Part shown: piece by piece, positions 35,337 to 43,602 of the stretch
How positions within the stretch are numbered: the first letter of the stretch is position 1
Layout: each line of letters opens with the position of its first letter
Assembly (NCBI GenBank): GCA_035491715.1
Contig: DATJKH010000029.1
Location: 23,555 to 87,554, forward strand
Direction: 5' to 3'
Origin: Vicinamibacterales bacterium
Lineage (GTDB): Bacteria; Acidobacteriota; Vicinamibacteria; Vicinamibacterales; 2-12-FULL-66-21
Length of the DNA: 64,000 nucleotides
Program-made: the position numbers and the translations under genes
The notes under the pieces: generated by a model
Told to the model about the DNA's origin: nothing
Databases searched by the model: none
The model's input: only the letters and a program-made list of their open reading frames with translations

Positions 35337-36817
35337 TTGCCGGTGTGCCAGATCAGCGTGACGTCACCGCTCGTCGACCGGCGCGGATCTGGCGCATCGG
35401 AATCCCCGTCATCGTCGGAGCCGTCTGGGCCTTGCTCCCGGCGCCCGCCGGGCTCGAGCCATTCGCCTGGGGCTATCTCGCACTGTTTGTCGCGACGATA
35501 CTGGCGCTGATTACCGAACCCTTCCCTCCGGCCTCGATCGGCCTCGTTGCCGTCACGATCGGCGGAGCATTCGGACTTGTCTTCTCTCCATCGCAACTGG
35601 CTGATCCGTCTTTCAAGTTTCCGGCCGAGGCGCTGAAGTGGGCCCTGTCAGGATTCATCAACAGCACGGTCTGGCTGATTTTCAGCGCCTTCGTGTTCGC
35701 CATGGGATATGAGAAGACCGGGCTCGGCAGGCGCATCGCCTTAGTGCTCGTGAGATTGCTCGGCGGAAACACACTCGGACTCGGCTACGCGATCGCTGTG
35801 TCGGATCTTGTTCTTGCTCCATTCACGCCGTCGAACACGGCGCGAAGCGCCGGGACAATTTTCCCGATCATCAACAGGATTCCGGAGCTTTACGGATCGA
35901 GCCCCGGCGAATCGTCACGCCGAATCGGCGCTTACTTGATGTGGGTTGCCTTCTCGACCACGTGCCTGACGAGTTCGATGTTCCTGACGGCGCTGGCGCC
36001 AAATCTCTTTGCCGTCGAACTCGCTCGCAAGGCTGCCGGTATCGATCTCACATGGACCGACTGGCTCATAGGATTTCTTCCCATCGGCGCACCGCTCTTT
36101 CTCGCGCTGCCATGGCTCGTCTACAAAATCTATCCGCCGGAGATTCGAAGCAGTGTCGAAGTGCCGCGATGGGCGGCGCAGGAGCTCGCCAACCTTGGTG
36201 GAATCACGTTCAACGAGATCATTATGGCGACCCTTGCCGTTGCCGCGCTGGCGCTCTGGATCGGCGGTGGCCGCGTGATCGATCCGGCGATGGTGGCGCT
36301 GGCAGGAATCTCACTGATGGTTGTGCTGTCGCTCGTGTCATGGGACGACATCGTCGGCAACCGGACCGGCTGGAACGTCCTGGTTTCGTTTGCCACGATG
36401 CTGACGATGGCCGAGGGGCTGGCGAAGACCGGCGTCATCGATTGGCTGGGCGGCACGGTTTCGACGGTTCTTTCGGGCCTTGCGCCGCTCGTCGTGATGA
36501 CGCTGCTTGTCGTGCTCTTCTTTCTGGTGCACTACATGTTCGCGAGCCTCACGGCGCACGCGACCGCATTGCTCCCCGTGATGCTCGCGACCGGTACCGC
36601 CGTCGAGGGTGTTCCCGCTCGCACGTTCGTCATGCTGATGGTGTTTTCGTTAGGTGTGATGGGTGTGTTGACGCCGTACGCGACCGGCCCGGCGCCGGTG
36701 TATTTCGGCAGCGGCTACATTCCGCGTCGCGACTTCTGGCGGCTCGGCTTGATCTTCGGATTGATTTTCCTTGCGTCGTTGCTCGTCATCGGCGGCGTGA
36801 CGCTTCCGCGGATCTGA
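35333..36817 (+). CDS. DASS-family (divalent anion:Na+ symporter / TtdT-like) di/tricarboxylate transporter
   Basis: The hairpin-tip motif PSNTARSAGTIFPI is present. The protein is polytopic and 494 aa long. The ATG overlaps the upstream stop. Confidence 0.8.
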   Translation: MIAGVPDQRDVTARRPARIWRIGIPVIVGAVWALLPAPAGLEPFAWGYLALFVATILALITEPFPPASIGLVAVTIGGAFGLVFSPSQLADPSFKFPAEALKWALSGFINSTVWLIFSAFVFAMGYEKTGLGRRIALVLVRLLGGNTLGLGYAIAVSDLVLAPFTPSNTARSAGTIFPIINRIPELYGSSPGESSRRIGAYLMWVAFSTTCLTSSMFLTALAPNLFAVELARKAAGIDLTWTDWLIGFLPIGAPLFLALPWLVYKIYPPEIRSSVEVPRWAAQELANLGGITFNEIIMATLAVAALALWIGGGRVIDPAMVALAGISLMVVLSLVSWDDIVGNRTGWNVLVSFATMLTMAEGLAKTGVIDWLGGTVSTVLSGLAPLVVMTLLVVLFFLVHYMFASLTAHATALLPVMLATGTAVEGVPARTFVMLMVFSLGVMGVLTPYATGPAPVYFGSGYIPRRDFWRLGLIFGLIFLASLLVIGGVTLPRI

Positions 36818-36847
36818 TCGATTCGGGGCAGCGTCTAATCGGACAGG

Positions 36848-37819
36848 ATGCCTCTGTCAGTTCCAATCTCTAACGAAAAGCTGCTTGACGAGTATTCCCG
36901 CAGTGTGACCCGCGCGGTCGATCTCGTCGCCCCTTCCGTCGTCAGCATCGAGGTCTCGAAGAACGGCGAGCGACGACGAGGGCGATCGGAGCAGGCGACC
37001 GCTGGTGGTTCGGGGTTCGTGTTTGCGTCCGACGGACTCATCCTCACTAACAGCCACGTCGTCGAGGGAAGCACAAAGGTACAGGTGGCGCTTCCTGACG
37101 GCCGCGACTACATCGCCGACGTGCTCGGTCAGGATCCGGATACGGACATTGCGGTCCTCAAGATCACCGCACCCGATCTCGTTCATGTGACGTTCGGTGA
37201 CTCACGTGCGTTGCGGGCGGGTCAGCTCGTGATTGCGATCGGGAATCCCTACGGCTTCCATCACACGGTCACGGCAGGTGTGGTCAGCGCGCTGGGGCGA
37301 TCGCTTCGATCGCGTTCGGGGCGGTTGATCGATCAGGTCATCCAGACCGATGCCGCACTCAATCCGGGCAATTCAGGCGGACCGTTGGTGACGAGCGACG
37401 GCGCGGTCGTCGGTGTGAATACCGCGATCATCGCGGGCGGCCAGGGTCTCAGTTTTGCGGTTCCGATCAGCGCCGTCGTAGCGATTCTTCCTGCGCTTCT
37501 GCGCGACGGACGAGTCCGTCGAGGTTATCTCGGCATCGCTGGTCAGAACGTGCCGCTCTTACGTCGGGTGACGAGGTTTCATCGGCTCGACCAGGCATCT
37601 GCCGTTCTCGTCATCTCGATCGAGCCCGACGGTCCCGCGATCGCTGCCGGCCTTCGCGATGGCGACCTCATCGTGTCGTTTGATGGCGTGCCGGTCGAAA
37701 ACCTCGACGATCTGCACCGGTTCCTGAGCGAGGCGAGGATCGGCACCCGGGCGCGACTCGGCGTCCTCCGCGGCACCAGCCGTCTCGATGTCGAGGTGCC
37801 CGTGCGCGAACGCAGCTGA
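36848..37819 (+). CDS. HtrA/DegP-like S1C serine protease with one PDZ domain
   Basis: The catalytic triad blocks TNSHVV, DIAVLK and GNSGGPL are present, and the C-terminal region is PDZ-like. Confidence 0.85.
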   Translation: MPLSVPISNEKLLDEYSRSVTRAVDLVAPSVVSIEVSKNGERRRGRSEQATAGGSGFVFASDGLILTNSHVVEGSTKVQVALPDGRDYIADVLGQDPDTDIAVLKITAPDLVHVTFGDSRALRAGQLVIAIGNPYGFHHTVTAGVVSALGRSLRSRSGRLIDQVIQTDAALNPGNSGGPLVTSDGAVVGVNTAIIAGGQGLSFAVPISAVVAILPALLRDGRVRRGYLGIAGQNVPLLRRVTRFHRLDQASAVLVISIEPDGPAIAAGLRDGDLIVSFDGVPVENLDDLHRFLSEARIGTRARLGVLRGTSRLDVEVPVRERS

Positions 37820-37830
37820 TTACGGAAACC

Positions 37831-37879
37831 GAAAAAGGTGGCTGGCACCTTTCAGGGAAAGGTGCCAGCCACCTTTTTC
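37831..37879. terminator. perfect 23-bp-stem palindrome, bidirectional intrinsic terminator
   Basis: GAAAAAGGTGGCTGGCACCTTTC-AGG-GAAAGGTGCCAGCCACCTTTTTC. The A-run on one side and T-run on the other give a U-tail on either strand. Confidence 0.8.
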
Positions 37880-37927
37880 GTAAAATGTCGAGGCAACCGA
37901 CCCGGGCTTCGGACCGTCCAAGCCTCC

Positions 37928-40426
37928 ATGACATCCTGGTCCGATCTCCGTTTGGCCCTCCGCGGGCTCCGCCGAAGTCCTCTGTTTACCACGGTCGCCA
38001 TCCTGTCACTCGCCCTCGGGATTGGCGCAAATACGGCAATTTTCACGCTCATCGATCAAATCCTGCTGCGCAAGCTGCCGGTCAAGTCTCCTGATCAGCT
38101 CGTCATGCTGTTCCAGCGCGGCAGCCATAACGGCAGCAACATGGGTGGGCGGATGCACTCGTACCCGATCTATCAGGATTACCAGCAAAAGGCCGAGCCG
38201 CTCGCCGAGGTGCTGTGCCGTCGCCTCGTCGCGGCGTCGGTCAGCGTCGACAATCAGACCGAACGCATCGTCGCCGAGATGGTATCGGGCAATTACTTCT
38301 CGCTGCTCGGCGTGTCACCCGCACTCGGGCGTGTCTTCAACTCCAGGGAGGACGACCAGGTGTTCATGGGGCACCCGGTCGTCGTGCTCGGCTACGACTA
38401 CTGGGTGACGCGATTCGCGCGCGATCCATCCATCATCGGTAAGAAAATTCTCGTCAACAACTATCCGATGCAAATCGTCGGAGTCTCGGCACAGGGCTTC
38501 GCGGGTCTGGATCCCGCGGAATCGCCGCAGATCCGCGTACCGATCCTGATGAAGGACGCGATGGTTCCCGACTGGGGATGGGTTCATCTCGACGATCGCC
38601 GGACACGGTGGGTTCAGGTGTTCGCACGATTGAAGCCGGGCTACACGGTGGAATCGGCCAAGGCGCCGATGCAGGGCTTGTTCATGCAGGTTCGCGGCTA
38701 CGAGTCGACACTCCCCGCGGCGAAAGACTGGTCGCAGTATGCGCGCGATCAGTTCATGAAGGGGCAGCTCGTGGTCGAGAGCGCGGCGATGGGCTATTCG
38801 AACCTGCGCAACGATTTCTCGACGCCGTTGATCGTGCTGATGTGCATGGTCGGTCTCGTCCTGCTGATTGCCTGCGCGAACGTCGCGAACCTGCTGATTG
38901 CGCGGGCGTTCATGCGTCAGAAAGAAATTGCCGTGCGATTGTCGCTCGGTGCTTCGCGCGCACGGCTGGTGCGGCAACTTCTCGTCGAAAGCCTGACGTT
39001 ATCGTTTGCCGGAGGGGTCGTCGGCTTGATGCTCGCGTTTGTGCTCACGCGCGGACTCCTGGCGTTCATTCCCAACGGCACGCAGCCGCTGCTCGTATCG
39101 CCTCGGCCCGACGGGCGGATCCTCGCCTTCACCATAGCGCTGACATTCATCACCGGCATTGTGTTTGGGCTGCTGCCGGCCCTGCGTGCCAGCCGTCCAG
39201 ATCCATGGACGACGCTGAAAGACACGATGGGATCGATCGCCGGCACCGGCGGTTCGCTCTTTCTCCGCAAAGGGCTGGTGACGGCGCAGGTTGCGCTGAG
39301 TTTTCTCTTGCTGTTCGGTGCCGGACTGTTCGTCAAGAGCCTGCAGAATCTGAAGACGACGGACACTGGGGTTGCTCTCGATAACCTGATCGCATTCCAG
39401 GTGGCACCGGCACTCAGTGGATACGACAACGAAAAGGCTGTGCAATTCAATCGCGATCTGCTCGAACACCTGAGGACAGCAGCCGGCGTGAAATCAGCGG
39501 CGATGGCCGTCGTGCCGATCCTTTCCGGCGACGAATGGGACAGTTCGACCGCCGTCGAGGGACATACCTTCGCCGACGGCGAGGATCAACAGGCGTTCAT
39601 GAACGCGTTCTCGCCGGGTTATTTCGAAACGATGCGGATTCCTCTCCTGGAAGGTCGAGACTTCCGCCTGAGTGACATCGTTGAAAGCCCGACGGTCGCG
39701 ATCGTAAACCGTAAGTTTGCCGAGCACTTCTTTCCCGGTAAGAGCGCGGTTGGCAAGCGGCTGGGACGCGGCGGCGGCAACAAGGCGAAGCTAACCATCG
39801 AGATCATCGGTGTCGTCGGCGACTCCCTCTACGAAGGGCCGCGCGAAGGCGTTCACCGCCAGGTATTCGTTCCGGCATGGGGAAAGAGCAGCGTCATCTA
39901 CTACGTGCGCACCAACATCGCGTCATCGAGTGTCTTCAACGTCGTCCGCAATGAGGTCAAGCAACTCGACGCGACGATGCCGATCTATGGCATGAAGACG
40001 GTGGAGGGGCAGCTCGACGAAACACTGCTTACCGATCGACTGGTCGCGCTGCTGTCGGCCGGATTCGGACTCCTGGCAACCATCCTCGCGTCGATTGGGC
40101 TCTACGGCGTGATGGCCTTCGTCGTGGCACGCCGTCGCAAGGAGCTCGGCATTCGCTTGGCGCTCGGTGCGCAACCCGGTGTCGTGATCTGGATGGTCAT
40201 GCGCGAGGTGTTGTTACTTCTCGCAATTGGCCTCGCGGTTGGCATTCCGTCGGCACTGCTGCTCGGCCGGTCTGTTTCCAGTGTGCTCTATGGCGTCAAG
40301 GCCAGCGATCCATTAATGGCGACGTCGACGATCGTACTGCTGACGCTGGTATCGGCTGCTGCGGGTCTCATTCCCGCACGCAGGGCGAGCCGCATCGATC
40401 CAATACTCGCGCTCAGATACGAGTAG
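37928..40426 (+). CDS. ADOP-family duplicated MacB/FtsX-like permease (second copy)
   Basis: The internal ATG 37928 gives the canonical N-terminus ..LRLALRGLRRSPLFTTVAILSLALGIGANTAIFTL. The ORF-track start at 37838 lies inside the terminator palindrome. Confidence 0.85.
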   Translation: MTSWSDLRLALRGLRRSPLFTTVAILSLALGIGANTAIFTLIDQILLRKLPVKSPDQLVMLFQRGSHNGSNMGGRMHSYPIYQDYQQKAEPLAEVLCRRLVAASVSVDNQTERIVAEMVSGNYFSLLGVSPALGRVFNSREDDQVFMGHPVVVLGYDYWVTRFARDPSIIGKKILVNNYPMQIVGVSAQGFAGLDPAESPQIRVPILMKDAMVPDWGWVHLDDRRTRWVQVFARLKPGYTVESAKAPMQGLFMQVRGYESTLPAAKDWSQYARDQFMKGQLVVESAAMGYSNLRNDFSTPLIVLMCMVGLVLLIACANVANLLIARAFMRQKEIAVRLSLGASRARLVRQLLVESLTLSFAGGVVGLMLAFVLTRGLLAFIPNGTQPLLVSPRPDGRILAFTIALTFITGIVFGLLPALRASRPDPWTTLKDTMGSIAGTGGSLFLRKGLVTAQVALSFLLLFGAGLFVKSLQNLKTTDTGVALDNLIAFQVAPALSGYDNEKAVQFNRDLLEHLRTAAGVKSAAMAVVPILSGDEWDSSTAVEGHTFADGEDQQAFMNAFSPGYFETMRIPLLEGRDFRLSDIVESPTVAIVNRKFAEHFFPGKSAVGKRLGRGGGNKAKLTIEIIGVVGDSLYEGPREGVHRQVFVPAWGKSSVIYYVRTNIASSSVFNVVRNEVKQLDATMPIYGMKTVEGQLDETLLTDRLVALLSAGFGLLATILASIGLYGVMAFVVARRRKELGIRLALGAQPGVVIWMVMREVLLLLAIGLAVGIPSALLLGRSVSSVLYGVKASDPLMATSTIVLLTLVSAAAGLIPARRASRIDPILALRYE

Positions 40427-40435
40427 AAAGGGACG

Positions 40436-41158
40436 TCAGATCCTCCCAAACTGCTTCACCGCTTCCTTGATCGAGCGGTACTTCTCGATGAAGGGGAGCA
40501 TCCGATGCTCGGTGTCGTCGAGTTCCTGCGATTTTTTGAGCACTTCTGGTGCCCGGCCAATCGGGACGACAGCGACGCCGTCCTCGTCGGCGGTGATGAT
40601 GTCGCCGGGATTGACGCGCACGCCGGCGCACGTGACGGCGACGTTCACACCGGTGACACGGTAGTGGTTGATCGTCGTTGACGGCGCGACGCCGCGACTG
40701 AAGACCGGGAACTGCAGCTTCCGGATCTGCGGCGTGTCGCGCACGGAGGCGTCGATCACGGCACCGGCAAAGCCGCGGTATTTCATTGCGGTCGCCATCA
40801 GCCCGCCGATGCCGGCATAGTCGGCACCATCCTCGAGCACCATGACGTAGACCGATCCGGCTGGCGAGTTATCGATCGCGTCGAGCATGCCCTGAGAGGC
40901 GGCCGATCCCTCTTTGTGTTCTTCTTTCTTCAACTGCACCGTTACAGCCGGTCCGGCAAATTTCGTCGCCGACAGCGGCCGCATGTCGTGCGCCATGTAG
41001 GCGCGTTGCCCATACAACTGCTCCATCGCGTCTGCAACGGACGCGACTTCGACGGTGCGGAAGCCGTCCACGAGCGAGACTTCGGCAGGCGGTTGCGCCA
41101 TCACCCATGCGGCGCTGACCAGCGCGCCGATACCTACAAAAAAAACTACCCTTTTCAT
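40436..41158 (-). CDS. RraA / HMG-aldolase-family protein with Sec-type signal peptide
   Basis: Signal peptide MKRVVFFVGIGALVSAAWVMAQ. The RraA-like core includes GGLMA and VxPGDxIxADxDGV (VNPGDIITADEDGVAVV). Confidence 0.7.
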   Translation of the reverse strand: MKRVVFFVGIGALVSAAWVMAQPPAEVSLVDGFRTVEVASVADAMEQLYGQRAYMAHDMRPLSATKFAGPAVTVQLKKEEHKEGSAASQGMLDAIDNSPAGSVYVMVLEDGADYAGIGGLMATAMKYRGFAGAVIDASVRDTPQIRKLQFPVFSRGVAPSTTINHYRVTGVNVAVTCAGVRVNPGDIITADEDGVAVVPIGRAPEVLKKSQELDDTEHRMLPFIEKYRSIKEAVKQFGRI

Positions 41159-41200
41159 TCTGTGCCTCGTATCCGTGTGTGTCCGTGTTCATCCGTGGCT

Positions 41201-42109
41201 TTATTTGTAGTTCTTCCGGACTTCTTCCAGTCGTTTCTTCAAGTACTCCTCGTATTCCTTCTTGAGCGCCGGGTCCTTCGGTGTGCTGTAGATATCACTC
41301 GACTTGTACTTTCCTTCGTCGAATTTCTTGCGCGTCCACTCGTCGTGGATGTGGACGATGTCGGCGTTGTCGACCACTTGCTGCACGAGGACGGGAGGGA
41401 TGAAATAGACACCTTCCGAGTCGCCAAACACCAGATCTCCCGGCATCACGGTGGCGCTGCCGATGCGGACGGGAATGTTGATGCCGCTGATGACGACGTT
41501 GGTCAGAAAACTCGGATGGGTTTTGCGGAAATAGGCCGGCATGTCCATCGCGGAGATGCCATCCAGATCCCGGATCGCGCCATCCACGACCAGCCCGCCG
41601 CCCTTGGTCGCCTTCATGATGTAGTAGAAGAGGTTGTCACCGACGATCGTTCCGCCGTCTCCCTGACCGAACAGATCGACGACGAGCACGTCTCCAGGCT
41701 GCAGCATGTCGATCGCGGTTTGATTGTTCATCCGATCCAGTCCCGCGGCCTTGGCGCGCGCCGTGATGACGCCGTCAAGATCCGGCCGCAGCGGCATGAA
41801 CTGCACGGTGAAGGCTCGTCCGACGAGCCTCTTCTCCGGATGCAGTATCTGAAATCCATCGGCCCACTGATTGCGAAAGTTCTTGGCCGGCAGGATTGCG
41901 AACACTTCTTCCGCCGAGAGTCCGCGCGCGCGTTCGATTAAGCCGTCGGGAACTTTGGGGCGCCCGTCAGGGAAGCGATCGAACGGGTTCTGCGCCGTCA
42001 GCTCGATCATTTGATCTCTGCTCAGCGTGAACAGCTGCGCCTGCGAGAGCGCGGGTGCCAGCAGTGCACTGAGCGCTGCCACGATCGCAAAGCGAATTCG
42101 ACATGTCAT
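41201..42109 (-). CDS. RraA / HMG-aldolase-family protein with Sec-type signal peptide (second copy)
   Basis: The internal ATG 42109 gives the signal peptide MTCRIRFAIVAALSALLAPALSQAQ. The core includes VMPGDLVFGDSEGVYFIP. Confidence 0.65.
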   Translation of the reverse strand: MTCRIRFAIVAALSALLAPALSQAQLFTLSRDQMIELTAQNPFDRFPDGRPKVPDGLIERARGLSAEEVFAILPAKNFRNQWADGFQILHPEKRLVGRAFTVQFMPLRPDLDGVITARAKAAGLDRMNNQTAIDMLQPGDVLVVDLFGQGDGGTIVGDNLFYYIMKATKGGGLVVDGAIRDLDGISAMDMPAYFRKTHPSFLTNVVISGINIPVRIGSATVMPGDLVFGDSEGVYFIPPVLVQQVVDNADIVHIHDEWTRKKFDEGKYKSSDIYSTPKDPALKKEYEEYLKKRLEEVRKNYK

Positions 42110-42126
42110 AAGCGACCCCTCACCAG

Positions 42127-43500
42127 CTAGGACCACTGCCGATCCGACGTCCGGTCGGTGTTCCATTCCGGCGTCGGCAGGAAGTAACCCGGTTCGAGAA
42201 GATGCTGTTTCACCGCGGCTTCATTCAGCGTGATTCCGAGGCCTGGCTTGTCGGGAACCGTGATGAACCCCTTGTTGACGATCGGCTTTTCAATTCCGTC
42301 CACGAGGTCTCCCCACCAGGGCACGTCGACCGAGTGATTCTCGAGCGCGAGGAAGTTCTCCGTCGCCGCGGCGCAGTGAACATTGGCCATGCACGACACT
42401 GGTGTGCCTGCGAAGTGCATCGCCATGGCCACACCATACTCCTGGGCCGTGTCGCCAATTTTCTTCGTCTCCAGGATGCCGCCGGATGTGGCGAGATCAG
42501 GGTGAATGATGTCGACCGCGTGTGTGCGACACAGTTCGATGAACGGCTCTTTCAGGTAGATGTCTTCGCCGGTGAGGACCGGAATGTCGACCGCATCGGT
42601 GATCTTCTTCAGGAGATCCGTGTATGGCCACGGGACCATGTCCTCGAGCCACGCCAGGTTGTATTTCTCGAGCCCCTTGCCAAGACGGATACAGCTGTTG
42701 ACGCCGATGTGGCCGAAATGATCGGCGCACAGGGGAATATCCATCCCGACAATCTCGCGGATCGCGGCGACGTAGTCGCACATCAACGCGACACCTTTGT
42801 CGGTGATCTCGGTTCCCGTCAACATCCCGACGGTCGGATCGCCATACGCCAGGCTCGTCCCCGCCGGCATCGTCAATGCGCCGGGAACGTCGGCGACGAG
42901 ATCGATACCCAGGTCCATCTTGAGCCACGTGAACCCCTGATCCCGGCGGGCTTTCAGGCGCTGACCATACACTTTTGGATCGTGCGACTCGGTCGTGTCG
43001 GCGTAGCAGCGAACCTTGTCGCGAAATTTTCCCCCGAGCATTTGATACACGGGCACGTTATAGGCCTTGCCGGCGAGATCCCACAGCGCCATTTCCACCC
43101 CGCACACGCCGCCGCCTTGACGCGAATGCGATCCGAACTGCTTGATACGCCGGAACAGCTTGTCGACATTGCAGGGATTCTGGCCGAGCAGGCGGCTCTT
43201 CAACATCAACGCATAGTTCTTACTTGCGCCGTCGCGCACCTCGCCGAGTCCGTAGATGCCCTGATTCGTGTCGATTCGAATGATCGGGCACGTCATCGGC
43301 GCGCCGCCAATCACCGCGACACGAAGATCAGTGATCTTCAGATCGGATGGCTTCGAGTTGGTGTTGATGTTCTGTGCGAGCGCGTCGATCGGATCTGGCG
43401 GTGCCGCTCGAGCGGACCGTGTCAGCGATCCCACACCAAGTGCCGCGACGGTGCTCTTGAGGAACGACCGCCTTGCGTCAATTGTGCGATCTGGTGCCAT
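42127..43500 (-). CDS. enolase-superfamily (mandelate racemase / acid-sugar dehydratase-like) enzyme with twin-arginine signal
   Basis: Tat motif ARRSFLKSTVAALGVG. Enolase-superfamily blocks include GLGEV, EMALWDLAGK and PVYQMLGG, with metal-ligand regions (WLKMD, LAWLED, GED). AGGAGG lies upstream of the ATG. Confidence 0.8.
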   Translation of the reverse strand: MAPDRTIDARRSFLKSTVAALGVGSLTRSARAAPPDPIDALAQNINTNSKPSDLKITDLRVAVIGGAPMTCPIIRIDTNQGIYGLGEVRDGASKNYALMLKSRLLGQNPCNVDKLFRRIKQFGSHSRQGGGVCGVEMALWDLAGKAYNVPVYQMLGGKFRDKVRCYADTTESHDPKVYGQRLKARRDQGFTWLKMDLGIDLVADVPGALTMPAGTSLAYGDPTVGMLTGTEITDKGVALMCDYVAAIREIVGMDIPLCADHFGHIGVNSCIRLGKGLEKYNLAWLEDMVPWPYTDLLKKITDAVDIPVLTGEDIYLKEPFIELCRTHAVDIIHPDLATSGGILETKKIGDTAQEYGVAMAMHFAGTPVSCMANVHCAAATENFLALENHSVDVPWWGDLVDGIEKPIVNKGFITVPDKPGLGITLNEAAVKQHLLEPGYFLPTPEWNTDRTSDRQWS

Positions 43501-43602
43501 GGGGAGCCTCCTGTTCGCGTTTCTGACTGCGCGTGGGGTCCTACCCCCCCACGCGCTCTCGCTCGGCGACTTCGCGCCTCGCTCGGGCCGCGGCGGTTGC
43601 CC

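Noticed and set aside
37838-37927. The ORF-track start (GTG 37838) of the second ADOP permease.
   Set aside because: That start codon lies inside the 23-bp-stem terminator palindrome. The canonical ADOP N-terminus begins at ATG 37928.
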